This document shows positions 15,461 to 23,145 of a DNA stretch of 33,656 nucleotides, in pieces (position 1 is the stretch's first letter; every line of letters begins with the position of its first letter). The translations under genes were made by a program, and so were the position numbers. The notes beneath the pieces were generated by a model, which had not been told where the DNA came from, made no database searches, and saw only the letters and a program-made list of their open reading frames with translations. Origin of the DNA: a virus (lineage: Duplodnaviria; Caudoviricetes); IMG/VR virus record IMGVR_UViG_3300040971_000209, positions 1 to 33,656 of that record, one strand, 5' to 3'.

Positions 15461-17485
15461 TTGATGATACTCACCGCCCAGACACCCGGCAAGCGCAAAA
15501 GCTATTCCGGCCCGGCCCTCTCCGCCATCCTCGGCGACCATGCCGGCAAGGCCCGCGCCCTGCTCGCCGCCGGCCCGCACCGCTACGCCCATTCCGCCGC
15601 CGAGCGTCAGGTGCTGCGCCGCCGCAAGAAAGAGCTGCCCTCGGTCTGGGCCCCCAAGAACTTCAAGGTACCCTACGGCCCGTTCGAGTCGCGCTATTTC
15701 TCCTTTGAGATCACCCCGCACCTGTTCGGCATGCTCGATGCCTATGCCCAGCCTTATGTCAACAAGGTCACCGTCTGCGCCGCTCCGCAGACTACCAAGA
15801 CCACCTTTGCCCATGTGGCCACCGCCTGGTCGTCGGTCTTCTCTCCGGGCCTGGCCCTCCATATCTATCCGACCGAGACCACCGGCAAGGAGATCATGGA
15901 TGAGCGGATCCAGCGGGTCTATACCGAGTCTCCGCAACTCCGCCGCCTGCTCACCGGTCGGGTAGAGGATGTAACCCAATTAAAGTTGCGCCTGAAATCA
16001 ATGGTGATCAGGATGGCCTGGGCCGGATCGCTCACCCAGTTGGCGCACCGCTCGGCCAAGATCATAGTGCTCGACGAGGTAGACAAATACGGCGAGCGGC
16101 CATCCGAGACCGAAACCACTACCGTGAGCCAGGCCAAGCTTCGCGGCCGCACCTTCGAGCGCAGCGGCGGAAAGATCCTGGTGCTCTCCTCGCCGTCGAT
16201 AGAGAGCGGAAACGTGTGGACGGAGTTGACCAAAGAGACCCAGGCGGTGTTTGTCTACTGGTCACGCTGCCCTTACTGCCAGACCAATCAATTGATGGAC
16301 TTTTCCAAGGACACTTTTATCTGGCCGCACGGGGATGACGGCCACTCCCTGCCCCGGCTGGAGATCGCCGCTAAAAAGCTGGCCCGCTATGTCTGCATCG
16401 AGCCAAGCTGTCGTCGGCAGTGGGATGATGATATTCGGCATAAGGCGCAGGTGCTGGCCATGCGCTCCGGCTGGCGGTTACGCATGGCCGATGGTTCCCA
16501 GGGAGAAGAGATGTCCCGCTACATGCGGCGTGAGCGGCCCCAATCCATCGGATTCATCGTCCCTTCCTGGATCAGCTATTTTGTTTCGCTCAGCCAGGTG
16601 GCCGCTGATTATCTCAAGTGCAAGGATAAAAACCTGTCGCCCGAGGAGCAGTTTGCCGCCTACCAGAATTTCCAGAACGCCCACCGCTCGCTGCCCTGGA
16701 AGATCGAGATGCAGGCCCAGCCGGTGGACAAGATCAAGCTGTTCTGCGACGACCGCCCCGAGGGCCGTCTGCCCGGTGGCGAGCGGGTGGCCTCGCTCCT
16801 GGCCGGGATCGATACCCAGGACGATAACCTCTTCTATCTGTCGCTCTGGGCTATTGGCTATGGATTTGCCAACGAGCAGTGGCTGGTCATGCGCCGTCCG
16901 CTCGATTCCTTTGCGGCCATTGCCCACGCCCTGTGGCAGTCCGACTACTACGACGCCGACGGCCAGCGCTACCACGTCGAGCACGCCCTGATCGATATGC
17001 TCGGACATCGGACCAAGGAGGTGTTGGAGTTCTGCATCCAGTACGAGGGGCTGATCACCCCCTGTTACGGCTCGGCCCGCCAGATGTCCCAGGGATACGT
17101 TTTTTCCACCAAGGAATACCTGCCCGGCACCGATAAGCCGATGCCTAACGGCGGCATCCGGGCGATCAGGATGAATACCAAGTTTTATAAGGATAATATG
17201 GCGATAAAATTGTCGCTGGCCCCAGAGACTCCGGGGTGTATCCATCTCTTCCGCGAGGCCGGGGACGACTACTGCAAGCAGCTGGTCTCCGAGGCCCGCG
17301 ACGCCAAGGGCAACTGGGTGCAGATCGGCAGTCGAGAAAATCACTACTGGGACAACTGGTGCGCGGTCTCCTGTCTGGCCGACTGGCTCGGCATCAAGCA
17401 CCGGGAAAAGCCGGACAGCAAGGCCATACAGGAAGAAGATGACAGCATTATCGAGGGCGTGATGGTTGCCGATATGGGCAGATAA
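15461..17485 (+). CDS. Terminase large subunit, lambda GpA family
   Basis: Walker A-like APQTTKT, Walker B IIVLDEVDKY, SSPS motif, CPYC..C..C zinc motif, nuclease AGIDTQD, C-terminal RENHYWD. Confidence 0.95.
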   Translation: MMILTAQTPGKRKSYSGPALSAILGDHAGKARALLAAGPHRYAHSAAERQVLRRRKKELPSVWAPKNFKVPYGPFESRYFSFEITPHLFGMLDAYAQPYVNKVTVCAAPQTTKTTFAHVATAWSSVFSPGLALHIYPTETTGKEIMDERIQRVYTESPQLRRLLTGRVEDVTQLKLRLKSMVIRMAWAGSLTQLAHRSAKIIVLDEVDKYGERPSETETTTVSQAKLRGRTFERSGGKILVLSSPSIESGNVWTELTKETQAVFVYWSRCPYCQTNQLMDFSKDTFIWPHGDDGHSLPRLEIAAKKLARYVCIEPSCRRQWDDDIRHKAQVLAMRSGWRLRMADGSQGEEMSRYMRRERPQSIGFIVPSWISYFVSLSQVAADYLKCKDKNLSPEEQFAAYQNFQNAHRSLPWKIEMQAQPVDKIKLFCDDRPEGRLPGGERVASLLAGIDTQDDNLFYLSLWAIGYGFANEQWLVMRRPLDSFAAIAHALWQSDYYDADGQRYHVEHALIDMLGHRTKEVLEFCIQYEGLITPCYGSARQMSQGYVFSTKEYLPGTDKPMPNGGIRAIRMNTKFYKDNMAIKLSLAPETPGCIHLFREAGDDYCKQLVSEARDAKGNWVQIGSRENHYWDNWCAVSCLADWLGIKHREKPDSKAIQEEDDSIIEGVMVADMGR

Positions 17486-17543
17486 CGACTAAGGCCACCA
17501 GGAGCGGGCAGTTCCCGCGATCTGGTGTAGCGGATGGTTATAT
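17480..17543 (-). mobile_element. attC-like recombination site 1 (reverse orientation), overlapping the terL stop codon
   Basis: Minus strand: ATATAAC-CATCC-GCT(A)CACC-AG-ATC-GCGGG-AACTG-CCCGC-TC-CT-GGTG-GCC-TTAGTC-GTTATCT; 64 bp with R''/5-nt spacer/L'' with extra base/stem-loop/L'/6-nt spacer/R' geometry. Confidence 0.7.
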
Positions 17544-17563
17544 AAAATCTAAGGAGCAAAGCT

Positions 17564-17848
17564 ATGATGATTGACAGGAAATTTAAGTTTACAGCAGTCA
17601 ACCCTTGTAACGGAAAGCATTACTCAGAAAAAGACGCCATTGTTTTTTGTGCGAAAGACAGGGCTTTAATTCCTACCCTTCAAGCATACTACGTTGAGTG
17701 CGCTTCCCTTGAGTGTGGTCAAGACCATCTGGAGAGCATTGAACTCCTGATAGGTAGGGTGAAGACGTATCAAGTGGCTTATGGAACAAAGGTGCCTGAC
17801 ACTGAAACTGATTGCGAAATAGACAGGTGTATTGGTGGAAACGTATAA
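17564..17848 (+). CDS. Conserved hypothetical phage protein (94 aa); cassette-like ORF
   Basis: AAGGAG SD; IDRKFKF.AVNP...VFCAKDRAL.PTL.AY; flanked by GTTATAT (17537) and GTATAAC (17843). Confidence 0.85.
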   Translation: MMIDRKFKFTAVNPCNGKHYSEKDAIVFCAKDRALIPTLQAYYVECASLECGQDHLESIELLIGRVKTYQVAYGTKVPDTETDCEIDRCIGGNV

Positions 17849-17894
17849 CGGGCCTGAACACCGCTATAAACCTTTACCGTTGGAGTGATTGATT

Positions 17895-18161
17895 ATGCCG
17901 TGCCGACTATGCAATAGACCGATTGAGAAAGTTGATCCACCGTCAACGCTCCACCCATATTGCAGATGTAAATTACCTAATGATGACCGATGCAAGATAT
18001 GCGTCCACCTTATGCGCTACAGTTCAGCGGTGAACCCTGACCACCAAATAAATATATGCACTGGAGACGGATGGGAAAAAGGAGACTGTGAGGGGACATT
18101 TTTTCTGTGCGAGATTACCGAGTTTGATGCAACAGATTGCCTGCTATTTAAAAAAGCATAA
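17895..18161 (+). CDS. Cys-rich hypothetical protein (88 aa)
   Basis: GGAG SD; MPCRLC...CRC...CKIC; ends in GCA-TAA-C. Confidence 0.65.
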   Translation: MPCRLCNRPIEKVDPPSTLHPYCRCKLPNDDRCKICVHLMRYSSAVNPDHQINICTGDGWEKGDCEGTFFLCEITEFDATDCLLFKKA

Positions 18162-18522
18162 CATTGCCGGAACGGAGAAACCAATGGAAAATAACAGCGA
18201 AAAAACAGAAGAACAGGCGGTAAACGTTGAGGCCATTGCTCTGTCATCACCGGCCTTGCAGCACCAGTCAGAGCATTATCCGGCGTCCTGGTATGGAAAG
18301 GTGCCAAAGGTTGTCCGTATGGCTAAAACCGTGACCGATGACTTTCCTTTTGGAAAAAAGTTGATCTGTCAAAAAGGATATGAATATCACGTTATTGTTA
18401 ATAGTCACGGTGCGGTGACTGCTATTTTAGGCGAGAAAGCCAGGCTTGGATTGAAGCCATACGAGTTTGAAATTATAGCTTTTCATTGAGACATAACATT
18501 GCCGGAACGGAGATACCAATGG
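18157..18522 (+). repeat. 31-bp direct repeat (18157-18187 / 18492-18522) including SD and start codon
   Basis: CATAACATTGCCGGAACGGAGA(A/T)ACCAATGG, one mismatch. Confidence 0.95.
18184..18489 (+). CDS. Hypothetical protein (101 aa) flanked by 31-bp direct repeats
   Basis: GGAG SD within the repeat; ..VNSHGAVTAILG...LGLKPYEFEII.FH. Confidence 0.8.
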   Translation: MENNSEKTEEQAVNVEAIALSSPALQHQSEHYPASWYGKVPKVVRMAKTVTDDFPFGKKLICQKGYEYHVIVNSHGAVTAILGEKARLGLKPYEFEIIAFH

Positions 18523-18734
18523 CGAAAAACAGCAAAATACTGGTGAACATGAGTGAGATAGTGGGATATACCGGCCGCCCTGCCAACACCATTAAGTCCT
18601 GGGTTAGAAAACATAATTTCCCGGCGGTCAAGATCGATGGCCGCTGGGAGTCGAACACCGAGCTGATTGATAATTTCCAGCGCCGGCGGATTGAAGACCT
18701 TACCAAGGTTGACGGAGAGGAGGCCTTAGGATGA
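18519..18734 (+). CDS. Small excisionase/AlpA-like HTH protein (possible late activator or recombination directionality factor)
   Basis: LVNMSEIVGYTGRPANTIKSWVRKHNFPAVKIDGRWES; role inferred. Confidence 0.75.
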   Translation: MAKNSKILVNMSEIVGYTGRPANTIKSWVRKHNFPAVKIDGRWESNTELIDNFQRRRIEDLTKVDGEEALG

Positions 18735-19144
18735 TTGATCAAGCAGCGTCGCCGCCACCGTCCCCAACTCGAATTATCAAAAAACCGTATCGGCTGAGTT
18801 GTACCGGCGGGCGAGGAAATCCCAGATGGGTGTATCCTTGCGACGATGGACGGGACTACACCAGAAAAGAGCTGGCCGCTCTGGCGGGAATCACGACCAA
18901 CCAGATATCAGACCGGATTTATGCGTATGGCTGGGACTCCCTCAAGATACTCAAAAACTCGGCCGATTTTATGGCGGCCAAGAAGCGCGAGACCAAGGAG
19001 CGGCAGGCCCTGGCTCAGGCGGAAATAGGGCAGGGCGGTAATGATGAGTGGCATCGTTTGTCGGGGAGTGAGCGACCGCAAAATCTGGCCAGGTTGCGGC
19101 CCCTGGGAATTTTTGAAAGACAGGGGCAGGGTCATGGCCGGTAG
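18731..19144 (+). CDS. Hypothetical DNA-binding protein (137 aa)
   Basis: DGRDYTRKELAALAGITTNQISDRIYAYGW is HTH-like; ATGA overlap. Confidence 0.7.
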   Translation: MIDQAASPPPSPTRIIKKPYRLSCTGGRGNPRWVYPCDDGRDYTRKELAALAGITTNQISDRIYAYGWDSLKILKNSADFMAAKKRETKERQALAQAEIGQGGNDEWHRLSGSERPQNLARLRPLGIFERQGQGHGR

Positions 19145-20648
19145 GTCGCGCCGGGATGTGGGAGGCTGGGGAGGTCTCAAGGGCCGGGTACGGGATGAGA
19201 ACCTGAAGAAGATGCGGCCGCTGGGGAGCTGGGAACGGGAACAGATGTCGCATGAGCGGGGGGTAAAAATGCCGACGGCAACGATGCGGCCTGTTGCAGA
19301 GCCTCCTATCAAGATAAATTCAAAAAGAGAAAAGGGGCTGGAAATAACGATGGGAAATCACGGCAGGGGTGAAGTTCAACCGCAATCAACAACAAAGGAA
19401 ACGACAATGGATTTAATCCAGAAAGACGAAAACTGCTGCCTCTGCGGCAAGAACGGACGCACCAAAAAAATAAAGGGTCGGTTCTACCACGCCACCTGTG
19501 AGGCGATCCGCCGCCACGCCATGATCCGGCCTGAGCTGATGCTGCAACAGATCCGCGAATTTCACCCGGAGTTGGTGGAATCGGCCCCGGTGGTGGCCAA
19601 GGATCGGGTGGAGTTGAATGCAGAGCTGGGGGCCGCCAATATCCGCCTGGTGCAGAAGCTGCGGGAAGTGGATGAGGAAAACACTGAGTTTCGTCGACTT
19701 CTGCGCCATGCCTTAGACATACCGGAAAGTTTCGATATCATGGTTGCCATATCGGCAAAAATGGCTGTAATTGATGAATTGAATTTTACGCTTCAATGTG
19801 TGCGGGAACGGATCAATGTTGTTGATGACAAAGAGATCGAGCCGAAAATCATCAGAATGATATCTGCTGGCTGGGAGCATGGTGAAAAGATCTCCGACCT
19901 GAAAGCCCGACTTGATTATGTGAAGAATACGACCGCCTCCGATGACGACACCTGTACTGAACACCTGGATCTGAAAGGCGAGCTCGAAGGGCTGCAGGAC
20001 GTACTGGCCTCCCTGGAGCAGGAGCGGGCGACCATGCACCAGGAGCGGGTGCGCCTCAGTGACCAGGTACGCTGGCTCCATGAGCAGCTGGCCACGACCG
20101 AAAGGAAGGCGGATGGGCTGGAGAAGGAGGTTGACAGATTGCAGGAATCGCTGGCAGCGGCTAACGCCAGGTCTCAGACTGAGGGAATGTTTCTGCTCAG
20201 ATCTTTATCCCAGCATGATATCCCCTTCCATATCTCTGCCTCCGCCGAGGCACGCGCCGCATTCGCCGACCTGAGAAAATCTGTAGATGGCTATCCTCCT
20301 GCTGATGCCGCTACCGGAAATTCCACAATTGACGCCTTGATACAAGACCTGAAGGGGCTTAATTATTACCCAGCCAGACTCGCCGACGCTGAACGTCTTG
20401 CCGCCGCTGATGACCCGATCAATCAGCCCCGCCACTATACCAGCCACCCCAGCGGCATCGAGTGTATCCAGATCACCGAGCACATGGGCTTTACCCTCGG
20501 CAATGCCGTGAAATATATCTGGCGGGCGGATCTCAAGGCGAACGCCATTGAAGACCTGAAAAAGGCCCAATGGTACATCAACCGAGAGATGAAGAAGCGC
20601 GGGGAAATGGTTGGTAGCTGGCCGGCCTCCCATGAGGTGGCATCATGA
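19134..20648 (+). CDS. Coiled-coil protein with C-terminal DUF3310 (SaV/T7 gp1.7-like) domain
   Basis: DPINQPRHYTSHPSGIECIQITEHMGFTLGNAVKYIWRADLK...EDLKKAQWYINRE; long heptad region; start uncertain (19134 or 19407). Confidence 0.8.
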   Translation: MAGRSRRDVGGWGGLKGRVRDENLKKMRPLGSWEREQMSHERGVKMPTATMRPVAEPPIKINSKREKGLEITMGNHGRGEVQPQSTTKETTMDLIQKDENCCLCGKNGRTKKIKGRFYHATCEAIRRHAMIRPELMLQQIREFHPELVESAPVVAKDRVELNAELGAANIRLVQKLREVDEENTEFRRLLRHALDIPESFDIMVAISAKMAVIDELNFTLQCVRERINVVDDKEIEPKIIRMISAGWEHGEKISDLKARLDYVKNTTASDDDTCTEHLDLKGELEGLQDVLASLEQERATMHQERVRLSDQVRWLHEQLATTERKADGLEKEVDRLQESLAAANARSQTEGMFLLRSLSQHDIPFHISASAEARAAFADLRKSVDGYPPADAATGNSTIDALIQDLKGLNYYPARLADAERLAAADDPINQPRHYTSHPSGIECIQITEHMGFTLGNAVKYIWRADLKANAIEDLKKAQWYINREMKKRGEMVGSWPASHEVAS

Positions 20649-21106
20649 GCGTCAATAAACTGAAGACCAGAAGGTATAAACTGGAGTTGCCCTTAAAGTT
20701 TTTTGCGGGAGCTGCGGCCGCCCTTGCATCCATTTACAAAATTCCTGATCAGAACAAGCCGCCGGCCGCTGATCCCCCTTACTTAGAGGATGAAGGCCGG
20801 AAACCCCTCTTTATCCCCCTGAAGACAGAATATTTCCAGGCGTTCCAGGACGGATCCAAGACCGAGGAGCTGCGGCTTTACGGGCCGGGATGGAATGAAG
20901 GCACCTGCTTTGTCGGCCGGACCGTGGTCCTCTCTAAAGGCTACGGCAAACAGGAGCGGCTGGAGGGCCGGATCAGCGGTTTCAGGAAACAGCCGGCCCG
21001 GTCGCTCAGCACCGCCAATAGAAAGGCCGTCCGGGCTATCTACGAGACCCTGGACATTGATATTGCCTGCATTGCCATCACCGGCCTGGAGCCTGTCCAG
21101 GAATAA
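20645..21106 (+). CDS. ASCH/PUA-like domain protein
   Basis: LFIPLKTEYFQAFQDGSKTEELR...GRTVVLSKGYG. Confidence 0.8.
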   Translation: MSVNKLKTRRYKLELPLKFFAGAAAALASIYKIPDQNKPPAADPPYLEDEGRKPLFIPLKTEYFQAFQDGSKTEELRLYGPGWNEGTCFVGRTVVLSKGYGKQERLEGRISGFRKQPARSLSTANRKAVRAIYETLDIDIACIAITGLEPVQE

Positions 21107-21125
21107 TAAGGAGATACATGAAATT

Positions 21126-21290
21126 ATGTGGCTGCCAAAACTTTTTTATACCTTTATGCCCTTGGCCTGCATGGCCCTGGCTGTTCTTGCCTTTCTGTTT
21201 CTGCCATCCTGCTGGGTGGTGTATGGCTGTTGTGGCTGTCTTTTTTGTTATGGCCTTGGCGTCCTGAGGCAGAGAATGCTCTGGAGTTGA
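21126..21290 (+). CDS. Small two-TM membrane protein (54 aa)
   Basis: MWLPKLFYTFMPLACMALAVLAFLFLPSCWVVYGCCGCLFCYGLGVLRQRMLWS; AAGGAG upstream. An alternative 49-codon frame starts at 21118. Confidence 0.55.
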   Translation: MWLPKLFYTFMPLACMALAVLAFLFLPSCWVVYGCCGCLFCYGLGVLRQRMLWS

Positions 21291-21322
21291 TCCAGTGAAT
21301 AAATAAAAAATAAGGGGGAATA

Positions 21323-21607
21323 ATGGGAACACTACAAGTGCCAGAGGTTTTAAAAGGTAAGCTGGTTTTTGGATGCGAGGAGCAGATCGCCTCTCTGCGG
21401 GCTTACGAGCAGGAGCAGCAACGTTTTTTTGGTGACGGTACACAAAAAAGATACCGGGTTTCTGTCGAAATAGAATTTTGGGAAACAATTACCGTCATGG
21501 CCGGAAGTCAGGCAGAAGCAGAGAAAAAGGCCAGAGACGATTTTTCTCTGTCCTTTAACCGTCACGATTTTTCTTTCCACGCAGAAGAGGATGAGACTGA
21601 TGCGTAA
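21323..21607 (+). CDS. Hypothetical protein (94 aa)
   Basis: AAGGGGG SD; KRYRVSVEIE...TVMAGSQAEAEKKA pattern. Confidence 0.75.
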   Translation: MGTLQVPEVLKGKLVFGCEEQIASLRAYEQEQQRFFGDGTQKRYRVSVEIEFWETITVMAGSQAEAEKKARDDFSLSFNRHDFSFHAEEDETDA

Positions 21608-21634
21608 CGGCCTGGCTAAAGTTATCAAGGGGGA

Positions 21635-22171
21635 ATGATGGACAAAACGGCCCCTGAATCTGTGCGGCAGCTGATCCGGAAAATACACGCCCTCTCTCTG
21701 CGCGGCATCGGCGGCGAGGCTGAATCAGCAAAAATTAAACTCAATAGCCTGCTGGCCAAGCACGGCATAAAACTGGAGGATGTAATCATCGATGTCGTAA
21801 AAACTTACGAATTTCCTTACAAGAACGATCTGGATTCCAGATTGATAATCCAGTGCTTTGTCAGTCTTGGCAACGGCTATAAAACGTATGCCTACCGGAA
21901 GGGCGGGCGCAAGCTGAAAATAATCGGCCTTGATTTGACCCCGGCCCAATATATCGACCTGAGCGGCATGGTGGACTATTACCGGACCGCGTTTAAAAAA
22001 GAAACTGACCGCCTCTTTTCGGCCTTCGTCCAGCAGCATAAACTGTATGCTCCACCCACCGGCGAAGAAGAGGGGGACCAGATGGGCCAGGAGGAACTGG
22101 ACCAGCTGCTGGCCCTGATGCTGGGACTTGGTGAAAAGTCATATTTCAACCCGGCAGGTTTTTTAGAATAA
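21635..22171 (+). CDS. DUF2786-like protein
   Basis: LIRKIHALSLRGIGGEAESAKIKLNSLLAKHGI N-terminal motif. Confidence 0.7.
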   Translation: MMDKTAPESVRQLIRKIHALSLRGIGGEAESAKIKLNSLLAKHGIKLEDVIIDVVKTYEFPYKNDLDSRLIIQCFVSLGNGYKTYAYRKGGRKLKIIGLDLTPAQYIDLSGMVDYYRTAFKKETDRLFSAFVQQHKLYAPPTGEEEGDQMGQEELDQLLALMLGLGEKSYFNPAGFLE

Positions 22172-22228
22172 CGGCAAGCTCACTGGCGCGGGGATGTTTC
22201 CGCGTCAAAGTATAGCGTTTTGTTAGGC
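22166..22228 (-). mobile_element. attC-like recombination site 2 (reverse orientation), overlapping the stop codon at 22171
   Basis: Minus strand: GCCTAAC-AAAAC-GCT(A)TACT-TT-GACGCGG-AAACATCC-CCGCGCC-AGTG-AGC-TTGCC-GTTATTC; 63 bp; R'' matches RYYYAAC exactly; alignable with site 1. Confidence 0.75.
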
Positions 22229-22253
22229 TCTTTTAAAATTTAAGGAGATTGAA

Positions 22254-22592
22254 ATGGCAAAAAAGAAGATTGATAAAATGGTAGATAAATTTCTTGCGTG
22301 GAATCTCCCAAAGGATTTTGCACCTGATGGTGGAATTAGTTTCAAAGGAACGCCAGATGCAAGAGGATATGCTCCAACTTGGCCTACTGGCACTAATTTG
22401 CTAAACGCAGAACAAGCCAAGGACATGATTGAGCAGATGCTGGAGGAATGTGACACGCCTGATATAGTTATTTCGACAGCAAACTTCCTTCGAGGGATGT
22501 GTTTTGACCCTTCACTTCCAACCCACATAAAAAAAGCATTGCAAGGAAGGATAGCCGCTATGGACAATATGGTGGATGAATATTCTGCCTAA
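22254..22592 (+). CDS. Conserved hypothetical phage protein (112 aa); cassette-like ORF
   Basis: AAGGAG SD; MVDKFLAWNLPKDFAPDGGISF...WPTGTNLL.A.QA..M; flanked by GTTAGGC (22222) and its exact complement GCCTAAC (22587). Confidence 0.85.
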   Translation: MAKKKIDKMVDKFLAWNLPKDFAPDGGISFKGTPDARGYAPTWPTGTNLLNAEQAKDMIEQMLEECDTPDIVISTANFLRGMCFDPSLPTHIKKALQGRIAAMDNMVDEYSA

Positions 22593-22624
22593 CAGTGTAA
22601 TAGACAGAAAAAGAGGAATAACCC

Positions 22625-22906
22625 ATGTCCGATGCCTGCCGCCCATTTGCGATTTTCCGCCGCCGCTTGCTTGAAAACGATGGCAATAATTTGGGTAAAT
22701 CTTGCCGGTTCGAGCTGTTTACGGCCAAGACCTGGTCGCTGGTGTGGTCGCCTGGCGACCGGCGCTTCTTCCCGGCGCTGCCCTCGGCCACCCTGGCCCG
22801 CAAGGAGTTCTGGGAGACCAGGATTCGGGTTCGGATCGATGGCCGGTGGTACAAGGACAAGGCCGCGTATCACTTCCTGACCATGGCGGGCCTGCTACTG
22901 GGATAG
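22625..22906 (+). CDS. Hypothetical protein (93 aa)
   Basis: AGAGGA SD; ..FELF.A..W...RVRIDGRW..; GC-rich codon usage like the phage core genes. Confidence 0.65.
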   Translation: MSDACRPFAIFRRRLLENDGNNLGKSCRFELFTAKTWSLVWSPGDRRFFPALPSATLARKEFWETRIRVRIDGRWYKDKAAYHFLTMAGLLLG

Positions 22907-23145
22907 AAATTTTTTCTCAATCGTGTTATTGTTAGTTTGTTTTGGCGGCCCTACGTGAGGGAGAATCCGCCGTATGAGAACTTGTCCGGTGTAGCGATAC
23001 GGTGCGGGCAAGACCAGCCAGATGAGTATGGTAAGCTGGCGGCCAAGATGTAAAACGAGGCGACATCACAAACGCGCCTATCATGCGGACAGCAGGTCAA
23101 TCCTGCCCAAAACATTTTTTTAATTATTACCGTGAAGGAGAAAGC

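Noticed and set aside
15776-15806. TerL inactivated by a non-canonical Walker A (APQTTKT)
   Set aside because: The Lys-Thr pair, Walker B and nuclease motifs are intact and the ORF is uninterrupted; GpA-family Walker A motifs vary, so inactivity is not supported.
7980-17401. Long minus-strand ORFs (7980-8957, 9148-10203, 16478-17401 and similar ones in the head genes)
   Set aside because: Shadows of GC-rich plus-strand genes with strong codon bias; no motifs or SD.
21126-21290. Small membrane ORF as a holin
   Set aside because: No endolysin or spanin nearby; lysis genes are not visible in this window.
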